64,000 bases of DNA from Pseudomonadota bacterium (GTDB lineage: Bacteria > Desulfobacterota > Desulfobulbia > Desulfobulbales > CALZHT01), in the NCBI GenBank assembly GCA_018823135.1, contig JAHJJF010000051.1, positions 7,674 to 71,673 of the forward strand, read 5' to 3'. The translations under genes and the position numbers were made by a program. Positions 49,266 to 58,290 of the stretch are shown piece after piece. Every line of letters begins with the position of its first letter. Positions within the stretch are counted from its first letter, which is position 1. A model generated the notes under the pieces. The model was given only the letters and a program-made list of their open reading frames with translations, did not search any database and was not told the DNA's origin.

Positions 49266-49787
49266 ATGAACAAACCCGAACCTCCTCAATGGTCGCCATA
49301 TCTTGCTGGCGCACTTGTCGGCGTCCTTATTGTTATTTCCGCCTGGACCACTGAAAATTTTTTCGGCGCATCCACCTCGTTTGTCCGGACCGCAGGAATG
49401 CTTGAGCGAATCATCATGCCTGAGCGCATCGCTGCAAATCCATACTTCCGTTGGATAACTCCCACAATAGACTGGCAATTGATGTTCGTGATTGGAATAT
49501 TTTTCGGATCGCTTGTTTCGGCACTTACCTCAAAAACCTTCCGTTGGCAGGCTATTCCGGACATGTGGAAAGAGAGGTTCGGGACCAATACAATCAATCG
49601 CGGCGTCATTGCTTTTGCCGGTGGCGCCATTGCAATGTTTGGAGCCCGGCTTGCCGGTGGCTGCCCCAGCGGACACGGACTGAGCGGCACGCTGCAGCTC
49701 GGCATCAGCGGTTTTATCACTCTGGCCGGTTTTTTTATCGGCGGCATTATCATGGCACGTATTATTTACAGCGGAGGGAAAAAATAA
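49266..49787 (+). CDS. YeeE/YedE family sulfur-compound transporter half-protein
   Basis: 173 aa with 4 TM helices and conserved GGCPSGHG. Confidence 0.85.
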   Translation: MNKPEPPQWSPYLAGALVGVLIVISAWTTENFFGASTSFVRTAGMLERIIMPERIAANPYFRWITPTIDWQLMFVIGIFFGSLVSALTSKTFRWQAIPDMWKERFGTNTINRGVIAFAGGAIAMFGARLAGGCPSGHGLSGTLQLGISGFITLAGFFIGGIIMARIIYSGGKK

Positions 49788-50314
49788 TGACCACGCTTCT
49801 TTCCGGACTGATCATCGGCATGGGCTTCGGTTTTCTCCTGCAGAAAGGCAGCGTTATCCGCTACGATCGACAGATGGGGGCGCTGCGCCTCATTGACATG
49901 ACCATAATCAAATTCATGTTTTCCGCGGTGCTCACCGGTATGGTCGGGGTCTATGTTCTCAAGGATCTTGGCATTATCAACCTGAGGGTCCTGCCCACGA
50001 TACTTGGCGGCAATATTTTCGGAGGAATTCTTTTCGGACTCGGCTGGGGGCTTCTCGGCTATTGCCCGGGAACCGCCATGGGAGCTCTGGGTGAAGGCCG
50101 GTATGATGCCGCCTGGGGAATTCTCGGAATGATATTTGGCGCCGGTATTTATGCCGAGGCCTACCCCGCTCTATCCAGAAATATTCTTACCTGGGGCAGA
50201 CTGAAGATTTATACGATCCCCCAGGCCCTCGGCATAAATCACTGGATTATCATTTTTTTGTTCGTGATAGGTGGAATTTTCATGTTCAGATGGTTTGAAA
50301 AAAAAGGTTTGTGA
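49787..50314 (+). CDS. YeeE/YedE family sulfur-compound transporter half-protein
   Basis: The ATG overlaps the upstream stop (TAATG). MTTLLSGLIIGMGFGFLLQKG..., GYCPGTA motif. The ORF-track start at 49451 is an out-of-gene extension. Confidence 0.85.
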   Translation: MTTLLSGLIIGMGFGFLLQKGSVIRYDRQMGALRLIDMTIIKFMFSAVLTGMVGVYVLKDLGIINLRVLPTILGGNIFGGILFGLGWGLLGYCPGTAMGALGEGRYDAAWGILGMIFGAGIYAEAYPALSRNILTWGRLKIYTIPQALGINHWIIIFLFVIGGIFMFRWFEKKGL

Positions 50315-50505
50315 AAATCCCGACCCAGAGGACCAGGTTTCCGGCAATGAAACAAACTTTGTCGGACCAACCAGCAAGTATCATCCAAACTCAGTAACTT
50401 CGTTCTTTAGACAGCCAACGTCAAAGCATCACGGCAATTAATCAACATCGCGCTCAATCAGGAATGATGTCTTTCCTTCGCATACCTTGACCTAATTTTT
50501 TCTTT

Positions 50506-51537
50506 ATGGGAAAAAGAAAAATGGCAGCAAGAAAAATCATCATGATTCTGATAGTTTTTTCCCTCATACTAACATCTATGACCGCATCAAATATTGTCAC
50601 AAATATGCCAGGGAAGTCCTTTAGCGGGCCGTTTGAGCCTCTTTCAGCAGAGGAGCAGGCAATCCAGGCCCGACTTGAACGTCATATAGATAAACTTGCC
50701 GGAGAAATCGGCGAACGGAATCTATTGTTTCCGGAAAATCTTTCATTGGCAGCAGCCTATATTGAAAACGAAATCAGCAGAATTAAGCTCAAGCCGATTT
50801 CAGAGGATTATTCAGTTAACAACATGCCTGCCAAAAATATCATCGCCGAAATTATTGGCGCTGAATTGCCTCAGGAATACATTGTGGTGGGCGCTCATTA
50901 TGATACCGTTGCCGGGAGTCCCGGAGCCAATGACAACGGCTCGGGTGTCGCCGCCCTTCTTGAAATCGCCGGCTATTTTAACGAACGAAAACCCCGACGC
51001 ACCATACGTTTTATTGCCTTTACCAATGAGGAACCCCCATATTTTTTAAGCGAAAATATGGGAAGCAGGGTTCATGCAAAACAATGCCGGCGGCGCAATG
51101 AAAACATTGTTGCCATGATATCCCTTGAAACTATCGGATGTTATAATTATGGGCCAGGCAGCCAGAATTATCCTTTCCCTTTGAGTTATTTCTATCCTGA
51201 TCAAGGTAATTTTGTGGCCTTTGTAAGCAATATGTCTTCCCGCAAGCTTGTCAGAACGGCCATTAACTCTTTTAGAAAACAAACAAAATTCCCTTCCGAG
51301 GGAGTGGCCGCCCCTTCCTGGATTCCCGGTATCGCCTGGTCCGACCAATGGTCCTTCTGGAAAGAAGGCTACCCTGCCATTATGGTCACAGACACTGCTC
51401 TTTTCAGATACGCGCATTATCACGCCTCAAGCGATACTCCCAACAAACTCAGCTACCCAGAAATGGCACGAGTTGTCAAAGGCCTCTGCCAGGTTATTGA
51501 CGATCTTGCCTCCACTGAAACATCAATGAGTAGATGA
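50506..51537 (+). CDS. M28 family metallopeptidase (aminopeptidase)
   Basis: 343 aa with an N-terminal anchor/signal, GAHYDTV, GANDNGSGVAALLE and FTNEEP motifs. Confidence 0.87.
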   Translation: MGKRKMAARKIIMILIVFSLILTSMTASNIVTNMPGKSFSGPFEPLSAEEQAIQARLERHIDKLAGEIGERNLLFPENLSLAAAYIENEISRIKLKPISEDYSVNNMPAKNIIAEIIGAELPQEYIVVGAHYDTVAGSPGANDNGSGVAALLEIAGYFNERKPRRTIRFIAFTNEEPPYFLSENMGSRVHAKQCRRRNENIVAMISLETIGCYNYGPGSQNYPFPLSYFYPDQGNFVAFVSNMSSRKLVRTAINSFRKQTKFPSEGVAAPSWIPGIAWSDQWSFWKEGYPAIMVTDTALFRYAHYHASSDTPNKLSYPEMARVVKGLCQVIDDLASTETSMSR

Positions 51538-51728
51538 GCTGCTGTATTACATATTGCCCCTCATATGATTATGCGTTAAAATGACACTTCTCAGAGACTT
51601 TTCAATCGCTCTTTTATATAATTCAGGTCAGGTTCTTGAATGTTGCCCCAAGTACATCCTTTTTCTAAATGCACAATCAATCCTGAAACCGAGCCAACAA
51701 TAATCATCACAGAAAGGAAGGACAGACA

Positions 51729-52124
51729 ATGGGAGAAAATCAACCACTTGAAAAAATGACGGTTAAAGATCTGCGGGAAATGGCAAAAGATATTCCCGGA
51801 CTTGCCGGAATCCACGCCATGAAGAAAGATGAGCTCCTCGAAGCAATCAGGGGCGCTCAAGGCGATACAGGCAAGGCTCCTGCAACAGCTGATAAACCGG
51901 TAAAAGTCGCAGATCCTGCTCCTAAGAAATCCCCGAAAGCAAAGAAAAAAGCTGTCTCAGTAAAAGACCTTACCCAAATCCAGATAAAAAAATTAATCGT
52001 CGAACTGCGCCAGGAAAAAGCAGCTGCAAAAGAGGCAAAAGATAATAAACTTGCAAAAATTATCAGACGACGGATTCATCTATTAAAGAAAAAAACAAAG
52101 AACAAGCCAGCTGCCGCAGTTTAG
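51729..52124 (+). CDS. Rho_N (Rho termination factor N-terminal) domain protein, lysine-rich
   Basis: 131 aa. MTVKDLREMAKDIPGLAGIHAMKKDELLEAI matches the Rho_N/SAP-like motif. AGGAAGGA RBS. Confidence 0.7.
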   Translation: MGENQPLEKMTVKDLREMAKDIPGLAGIHAMKKDELLEAIRGAQGDTGKAPATADKPVKVADPAPKKSPKAKKKAVSVKDLTQIQIKKLIVELRQEKAAAKEAKDNKLAKIIRRRIHLLKKKTKNKPAAAV

Positions 52125-52147
52125 CAGAAAACTACTCTAATACAGAT

Positions 52148-52192
52148 AAACGGACGCTCAATTCCATGCTGGATGAGCGTCCGTTTTTTTTG
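52148..52192 (+). terminator. Rho-independent terminator
   Basis: AAACGGACGCTCA / TGAGCGTCCGTTT, a 13-bp perfect stem, followed by T8. Confidence 0.9.
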
Positions 52193-52292
52193 TAAATGCT
52201 TATGAACAGGAATAAAGAACCTTATCAATGGAGCTCAAAGCCTTAACCTGCTTTTCTTCCAGGATGGGCTTCAATTATTCAGGTATTGATGT

Positions 52293-54545
52293 TCAAGCAG
52301 GCATATCAATCGGCATATCGTCCCTGACCAGCCTGACAAAATTCACCCGCATCCCTCTATTCCCGGAAATTTTATCCCTGGATGATCTGCTGATTAAAAA
52401 GTTGTCGGATACACCCCGATTAAACCCTTGCTTTTGTGCCGGCGACATCCCGCCGAAACCATGGGCCATGAAAACACATTCTTTGTGAATGCCTGGAGTG
52501 GTTTTTATTCTGATCGGCCGAGGAGAACAAACACCATCCTGATTTTCCAGATACAGTTGTTCCCCGTCGACAAGTCCCATTCCCTTCGCGGAAACATCAT
52601 TGACCCACAGCTCATTGTCGCTGATTTCCCGATTAAGCCAAGTATTGTTCTGGGTAGAGGACAGGGTATGAACCGGCATCCTGCCGTAAAGCAATCTTGC
52701 AAAGCCTTCAGGCGGAGGCTCGGGTGCCTCAAAAACCGGCAGGGGATGAAAACCCTGGTCCTGAAGCGATTTGGAATACAGCTCAATCCTGCCCACCTGC
52801 GGCACAAGAGGATTCTCAACTATATCCTCAGAAAAAGTTTCTTTCCTTAAGGAAGTCCCAACCATTTCCTGGCGAATCGGAGCATTATTGACTTGCCCGG
52901 AATCATCCCTTGGCAGACGGATTGTCCCGCCGTTTTTTAATAATCTATCGTATGAAGTTCCATAGACCTTTAATTCATCGTCAATACGCTGCTTGATATC
53001 GCCAAATCGAAAACCCGTGCCGCGGCCAAGGCGGATGCTCAACTGCTTGACAATCCAGTACGGGTCTTTGGCTTCATGAAGAGGTGCAACCAGGGGAAAA
53101 CGTATGCCTTTGGTCACGGTATTCCCTGAAATCCAGGACTCAATTATATCCGTCCGTTCCATAAACGTTGCTTCAGGAAGAATTATGTCGGAATATAAAG
53201 TGATCTCCGAGGGCAGGATATCGCAGGAAAAAATGAAGTCGGCCTTATTCAGCGCCGAAACTGTTCTGTGGAGATGCGGATAGCCGTGAACAGGGTTCTG
53301 TCCCCAGAACCCGAGGCCTTTGATCCGGTCCGACAACACACCTTTTATGATTTCCGAGGCAGGCTGATTCTTCCTTTTTCCGGGATGCGCCTTATCCTCT
53401 GCTGCGCTCCAGGGCATAAAATCTTGAGTATCCGCCGATAAACCATTGCGGTGGTTCTTCCAGGCCCCAAGCAGACCGGTGAGAATCGCGCGGGCCCGCA
53501 GCCGCTGCACGTCACTTCCATACCAGGTGCTGTGCTTGCCGGGATGGATATACGAATCCCGAGAAGATTGTGCCAGGAGTGTTGCTGTCTCCTTGATTAT
53601 TTCAACAGGAAGGCCGGTTATGCGGGAAACTCTCTGTACAGTAAAACCGCTTACATGCTCGCGGAGGGCTGAAAATCCTGCAACATTAGCCGACACATGT
53701 CCTATATCATATAGTCCGGTTTCGACAATATGATTGATCCACCCGAAAATAAGCGCCGTATCGGTTCCGGGTTTGATCATCAGGTGATAATCCGCCTTTG
53801 AGGCGATGGAAGAAAAACGCGGATCAATAACTATGAGTTTCATTCCCTTTGCCAGGGCGTCAATCACCAGATTGAGTTCGGGGACATTGACATTTTCACC
53901 AAGATGCGAACCGAAAAGCACCATACACCTGATATTGTCAAGACCGGTAATTTCAAGGGGGAGAGGCGTATTTCCAAATGTCAGCCCGTAGGCCAGATCA
54001 CGATTGGAAGTACAGAATTCATCCACGGAATTGTTAATGTTCGGCACTTCCAGGGTGTTAAACAATTCACGCATATAAGTAGATGAGGGGCCGTTGGCGA
54101 AAAGGGCCAGTGATTCAGGGCCGTGACGGTTGATAGTCTGCTCGAGTTTGAAGGAAATGGTGTCGATTGCTTCGCCCCAGCTTATTCTGGTCCATTTCCC
54201 CTCGCCACGTCTGCCCTCCCGCCGCAAGGGGTATTTCAGCCGATCAGGATCATACAGCAGCTGCGGGGCGGCATGCCCACGGGCGCAGATTTTGTCCCGG
54301 TTATAGTCTCCCTTGCCATTTCCCCTGACGTGGATCAGCTTTCCGTCCCAGATAACTCCGGCAATCCGGCAATTCACCTGACACATGGCACAGATGGAAG
54401 GGATTTCGCGGGTCTTTGCACCAGCACTTGCTGCGGTTTTAGCCTCAGCAAAATCCCTTTGCCCTGCATATGCTGAAAATGGATAGGAAGCAGCAGCAAG
54501 GCCGGTGCTCTTTAATAAACTTCTCCGTGTAGTTTTCCAGTCCAT
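52293..54545 (-). CDS. Tat-exported molybdopterin oxidoreductase (DMSO reductase superfamily catalytic subunit)
   Basis: 750 aa with a twin-arginine signal (TRRSLLKSTGLAAA), an N-terminal CAMCQVNC...C 4Fe-4S motif, and molybdopterin and C-terminal dinucleotide-binding regions. Confidence 0.9.
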   Translation of the reverse strand: MDWKTTRRSLLKSTGLAAASYPFSAYAGQRDFAEAKTAASAGAKTREIPSICAMCQVNCRIAGVIWDGKLIHVRGNGKGDYNRDKICARGHAAPQLLYDPDRLKYPLRREGRRGEGKWTRISWGEAIDTISFKLEQTINRHGPESLALFANGPSSTYMRELFNTLEVPNINNSVDEFCTSNRDLAYGLTFGNTPLPLEITGLDNIRCMVLFGSHLGENVNVPELNLVIDALAKGMKLIVIDPRFSSIASKADYHLMIKPGTDTALIFGWINHIVETGLYDIGHVSANVAGFSALREHVSGFTVQRVSRITGLPVEIIKETATLLAQSSRDSYIHPGKHSTWYGSDVQRLRARAILTGLLGAWKNHRNGLSADTQDFMPWSAAEDKAHPGKRKNQPASEIIKGVLSDRIKGLGFWGQNPVHGYPHLHRTVSALNKADFIFSCDILPSEITLYSDIILPEATFMERTDIIESWISGNTVTKGIRFPLVAPLHEAKDPYWIVKQLSIRLGRGTGFRFGDIKQRIDDELKVYGTSYDRLLKNGGTIRLPRDDSGQVNNAPIRQEMVGTSLRKETFSEDIVENPLVPQVGRIELYSKSLQDQGFHPLPVFEAPEPPPEGFARLLYGRMPVHTLSSTQNNTWLNREISDNELWVNDVSAKGMGLVDGEQLYLENQDGVCSPRPIRIKTTPGIHKECVFMAHGFGGMSPAQKQGFNRGVSDNFLISRSSRDKISGNRGMRVNFVRLVRDDMPIDMPA

Positions 54546-54599
54546 GGCAAATTGATCGTATAATTTATTTAGTACTTCTTAACTATAAAGCCGCTCAGC

Positions 54600-55124
54600 T
54601 CAACCTCGCATGAACCGTTCCCGAAGTTTTTCACAGACGTGATCAGGCACCAGCCCGCCGACATCACCGCCGTGACTCGCGGCTTCTTTGATGATGCTCG
54701 AACTGATATAAATCCACCTGAAACCGGTCATCAGAAAGACCGTCTCAACTTCACGCTCAAGACGCCGATTCATCAATGCCAGCTGGAATTCGTAATCAAA
54801 ATCCGAAACAGCCCGCAGGCCGCGGATAATCGCGCGAGCGCCTTTGGTATAAGCATAATCAACAAGCAGGCCGGAGACGGTATCCACCGTAATCCGGTTT
54901 TCAGAGGCAGGAAAACATTCGCGGATCATTTCAAGACGTTCTTCAAGTGAGAAGAGCGGTTTTTTCGTAGCATTAATCGCGATGGTAATAATTACTTTGT
55001 CAAAAAGATGCAGGGTGCGGTTGATTATATCAATATGGCCCATGGTGATCGGGTCGAAGGTCCCAGGATAGACAGCGATGGTCTCGGTGGTTTCGGGTTG
55101 AACAAATGGTTCATATGTTGTCAT
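54600..55124 (-). CDS. coaD: Phosphopantetheine adenylyltransferase
   Basis: 174 aa with YPGTFDPITMGHIDI and related motifs. ATGA overlap with rsmD. Confidence 0.94.
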   Translation of the reverse strand: MTTYEPFVQPETTETIAVYPGTFDPITMGHIDIINRTLHLFDKVIITIAINATKKPLFSLEERLEMIRECFPASENRITVDTVSGLLVDYAYTKGARAIIRGLRAVSDFDYEFQLALMNRRLEREVETVFLMTGFRWIYISSSIIKEAASHGGDVGGLVPDHVCEKLRERFMRG

Positions 55125-55699
55125 GGATTGTTGCCTCCTCTCCTATAAAGCCAGAAACCTGTATCACCGTAACGCCGTTTGTCTGACAAATCAAATTTTC
55201 CCGGCGAATCAGGCAATGCCGCTGAAGAATCATCTTCAACAATAATCAAAACATTATCGTTCAAAATATCAAGCCCGGAAATCTGCTCAATAACTCCCTG
55301 CCATAGATTTGTTCTATAAGGAGGATCAATGAATACCAGAGTAAAACCTCCGGGAGGCGCGTACTGTTTCAAAAAAAAAAGGCTTTTCGATAAATCCCTG
55401 TTCAACAGAACGGACCTATCAGAAAAGCCACATTTTTGGATATTCCCATAAACCAGTTCAACGGCTGCTCGGTGCTGGTCAACGAAAACAGCACCGGCAG
55501 CCCCCCGGCTCAAGGCTTCAAGGCCGAAAGCGCCGGTTCCGGCAAAAAGATCGAGTACCTGCCCCTCTTTAATCTCTGTACCGATTACACTGAAAATCGC
55601 CTCGCGAGCCCGGTCGGCTGTGGGCCGGATCAATTGTCCCAGGGCTTTGGCGGGGCTGCTGAGCTTTCTACCCCGTGCTGTACCGGCAATAATTCTCAA
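55121..55699 (-). CDS. rsmD: 16S rRNA (guanine966-N2)-methyltransferase
   Basis: 192 aa with MRIIAGTARGRKL, DLFAGTGAFGLEALSRGA and DPPY motifs. Confidence 0.9.
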   Translation of the reverse strand: MRIIAGTARGRKLSSPAKALGQLIRPTADRAREAIFSVIGTEIKEGQVLDLFAGTGAFGLEALSRGAAGAVFVDQHRAAVELVYGNIQKCGFSDRSVLLNRDLSKSLFFLKQYAPPGGFTLVFIDPPYRTNLWQGVIEQISGLDILNDNVLIIVEDDSSAALPDSPGKFDLSDKRRYGDTGFWLYRRGGNNP

Positions 55700-55747
55700 A
55701 TCGCCTTGCCTCTTAATCCGCCGGATTTAGTATACAACATCTGTAGG

Positions 55748-56779
55748 CTACAGATATTTCCTGATGAGAATTTCTGCGATCTGTACCGCATTCAATGCCG
55801 CACCTTTCAAGATATTATCTGAAACGACCCACAGATTGATGCCGTTTTCTATTGATTCATCCTCGCGAATTCTCCCAACAAGTGTTTCAAATTTGCCAGC
55901 GCAATCAATGGCCAGCGGATAAAGAGACTTTTCCGGATCATCGACAAGCTTGACACCCTCTGCAACTGCCATGAGGGCTTTGACCTCGGCGGCGCTGATT
56001 TTTTTCCGGGTTTCAACATTAACCGATTCAGAATGTCCATATACCACCGGAACCCGCACCGTAGTGGCGGTAACCCCGATTTTTTGGTCTTCAAATATCT
56101 TACGGGTTTCGTTGACCATTTTCATTTCTTCCTTGGTGTAACCGTTGGCAAGGAAGGAATCGATCTGCGGCAGGCAGTTGAATGCTATCTGGTGTGGATA
56201 GACCGCATTCACCAGTGGCTTTCCGGCAACATGATCTTGAATCTGATTCTGCAACTCAACAATTGCCTTGGCGCCGGTGCCGGATACCGCCTGATAAGTG
56301 GAAACAACAATACGCTTGATACCCACTTTGTCATAAATGGGTTTGAGTGCCACAACCATCTGAATTGTCGAACAGTTGGGATTGGCAATAATCCCTCTGT
56401 TTGTATACTGGGCAATGGCGTGAGGATTTACTTCCGGCACCACCAGGGGGATTTCTTTATCCATCCGGTACGCGCTGGAGTTATCAACCACCACAGCTCC
56501 GGCTGCGGCAGCTGCAGGAGCAAACTCAAGGGAACGGGACGCCCCTGCGGAAAACAACGCCACATCAATTCCTTTAAAGGAATCCTTGCTCAAGACCTGA
56601 ACCGGTATGTCCTTGCCCTTATATTTCAAGGTTTTACCAACTGAACGTTCCGATGCAAGCAATCGCAATTCATTGATCGGGAAATCCCTTCTTGCAAGCA
56701 CATCAAGCATGGCACCGCCAACCGCTCCGGTTGCACCGGCTATCGCAACATTAAATTTTCTATCACCACTCATTTCCAC
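55748..56779 (-). CDS. asd: Aspartate-semialdehyde dehydrogenase
   Basis: 343 aa with GATGAVG and NPNCSTI (catalytic Cys). The ATG at 56773 is an alternative to the GTG at 56779. Confidence 0.94.
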   Translation of the reverse strand: MEMSGDRKFNVAIAGATGAVGGAMLDVLARRDFPINELRLLASERSVGKTLKYKGKDIPVQVLSKDSFKGIDVALFSAGASRSLEFAPAAAAAGAVVVDNSSAYRMDKEIPLVVPEVNPHAIAQYTNRGIIANPNCSTIQMVVALKPIYDKVGIKRIVVSTYQAVSGTGAKAIVELQNQIQDHVAGKPLVNAVYPHQIAFNCLPQIDSFLANGYTKEEMKMVNETRKIFEDQKIGVTATTVRVPVVYGHSESVNVETRKKISAAEVKALMAVAEGVKLVDDPEKSLYPLAIDCAGKFETLVGRIREDESIENGINLWVVSDNILKGAALNAVQIAEILIRKYL

Positions 56780-57003
56780 ATAACCTCATATAGTGTTTCC
56801 ATCCAAAAACGCTGCATCCTGGGTGATGGCAGCGTCAATCATTTGCATACGAGTTCCGAATTTAAATCAACCTTACAGTATTCGCCCGGAAGCTGGAAAT
56901 TTCCGGACGGACAGTATTTAAGCCGTTGTTCAAAAAAAACTGTCACATTGGAAGACTGTAAACGGCATAAGGCCATAAATGTAACGATTATTTCTTGACG
57001 CCC

Positions 57004-58062
57004 CTAGACTGCGGCGGCAACCAGATCGCCAACTTCCTTGGTGCCGTAACCCATTTTCCCGGCAGAAAGGCTTTTGAGCTTCTCAGACACCACAGAGCGA
57101 ATCGCTTTTTCGATTGCCGCTGCCGCCTCGGGCTCACCAAGATAATCCATCATCATCTGGGCGGCGCCAATGGCGGCAAGGGGATTTATAACATTCAGGC
57201 CGGTATATTTCGGCGCTGACCCGCCAATGGGCTCAAACATGCTCACGCCCTGCGGGTTGATATTTCCACCCGCGGCAATGCCCATGCCGCCCTGAATCAT
57301 CGCCCCCAGATCCGTTATGATATCGCCGAACATATTGTCGGTGACGATAACGTCGAACCACTCGGGATTTTTCACCATCCACATGCAGGTTGCATCCACA
57401 TGGGCGTAATCGGTTTTGACATCAGGGTATTCTCGGGCAACCTCGTAAAAAGCCCTTTCCCATAAATCAAAGGCAAAGGTAAGAACATTGGTTTTACCAC
57501 ACAGGGTTACCTTTTTTCTCTTGTTGCGCTTTCTGGCATATTCAAAAGCAAAACGGATGCAACGCTCAACGCCCTTTCTGGTATTGATGGATTCCTGGAT
57601 TGCCACCTCATCGGGGGTGCCTTTTTTAAGTACGCCGCCAGCGCCGGCATACAGGCCTTCGGTGTTTTCACGGACCACGACGAAATCGATATCTTCAGGA
57701 CCCTTGTTCCTCAGGGGTGTTTCAACATTTTCATACAGAATGACCGGCCGCAGATTCACATACTGATCCAGGGCAAAACGCAGATTCAGCAGAATTCCCT
57801 TCTCAAGAATACCGGGCTTGACATCCGGATGGCCGATTGCGCCAAGAAATATTGCATCATGTTTTGAAAGTTCTTCTACGGCATTTTCCGGAAGAACCAC
57901 ACCGGTCTTGAGATAACGATCGCCGCCGTAATCAAAATCAGTCAATTTCAGTTTAAAATCAAATTTCTTCGCTGCGGCCTTAAGGACTTTTATTCCTTCC
58001 GCAACTACTTCCGGCCCGGTTCCGTCACCTGGCATGACAGCAATTTTATGTGTCTTTCCCAT
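57004..58062 (-). CDS. leuB: 3-isopropylmalate dehydrogenase
   Basis: 352 aa with VRENTEGLY and NMFGDIITD motifs. Confidence 0.94.
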   Translation of the reverse strand: MGKTHKIAVMPGDGTGPEVVAEGIKVLKAAAKKFDFKLKLTDFDYGGDRYLKTGVVLPENAVEELSKHDAIFLGAIGHPDVKPGILEKGILLNLRFALDQYVNLRPVILYENVETPLRNKGPEDIDFVVVRENTEGLYAGAGGVLKKGTPDEVAIQESINTRKGVERCIRFAFEYARKRNKRKKVTLCGKTNVLTFAFDLWERAFYEVAREYPDVKTDYAHVDATCMWMVKNPEWFDVIVTDNMFGDIITDLGAMIQGGMGIAAGGNINPQGVSMFEPIGGSAPKYTGLNVINPLAAIGAAQMMMDYLGEPEAAAAIEKAIRSVVSEKLKSLSAGKMGYGTKEVGDLVAAAV

Positions 58063-58290
58063 GAGTTCAGTTCCTTATAAAAAATTTTCATATCAATAAG
58101 CATTAAAAAAATCAGCCCGTGATATTAACCACAATCTGCTGATTATGCAATTTCCACATAATGTCCGGAGCAGGACTCGACAGAATTTTCTAAAAAACTC
58201 CGCCAAAAGACTTCGCCCCGATAATACCGCATCAGGTTCAACGAATAATCATCTTCAGTAAAGGCAATGAAACAGTCCGTCCTTTTCGGA

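Noticed and set aside
49451-49786. 112-codon upstream extension of the second YeeE/YedE ORF
   Set aside because: It overlaps the first YeeE/YedE gene in another frame. The ATG at 49787 gives a canonical MTTLLSGLIIGMGFGF N-terminus and a TAATG coupling junction.
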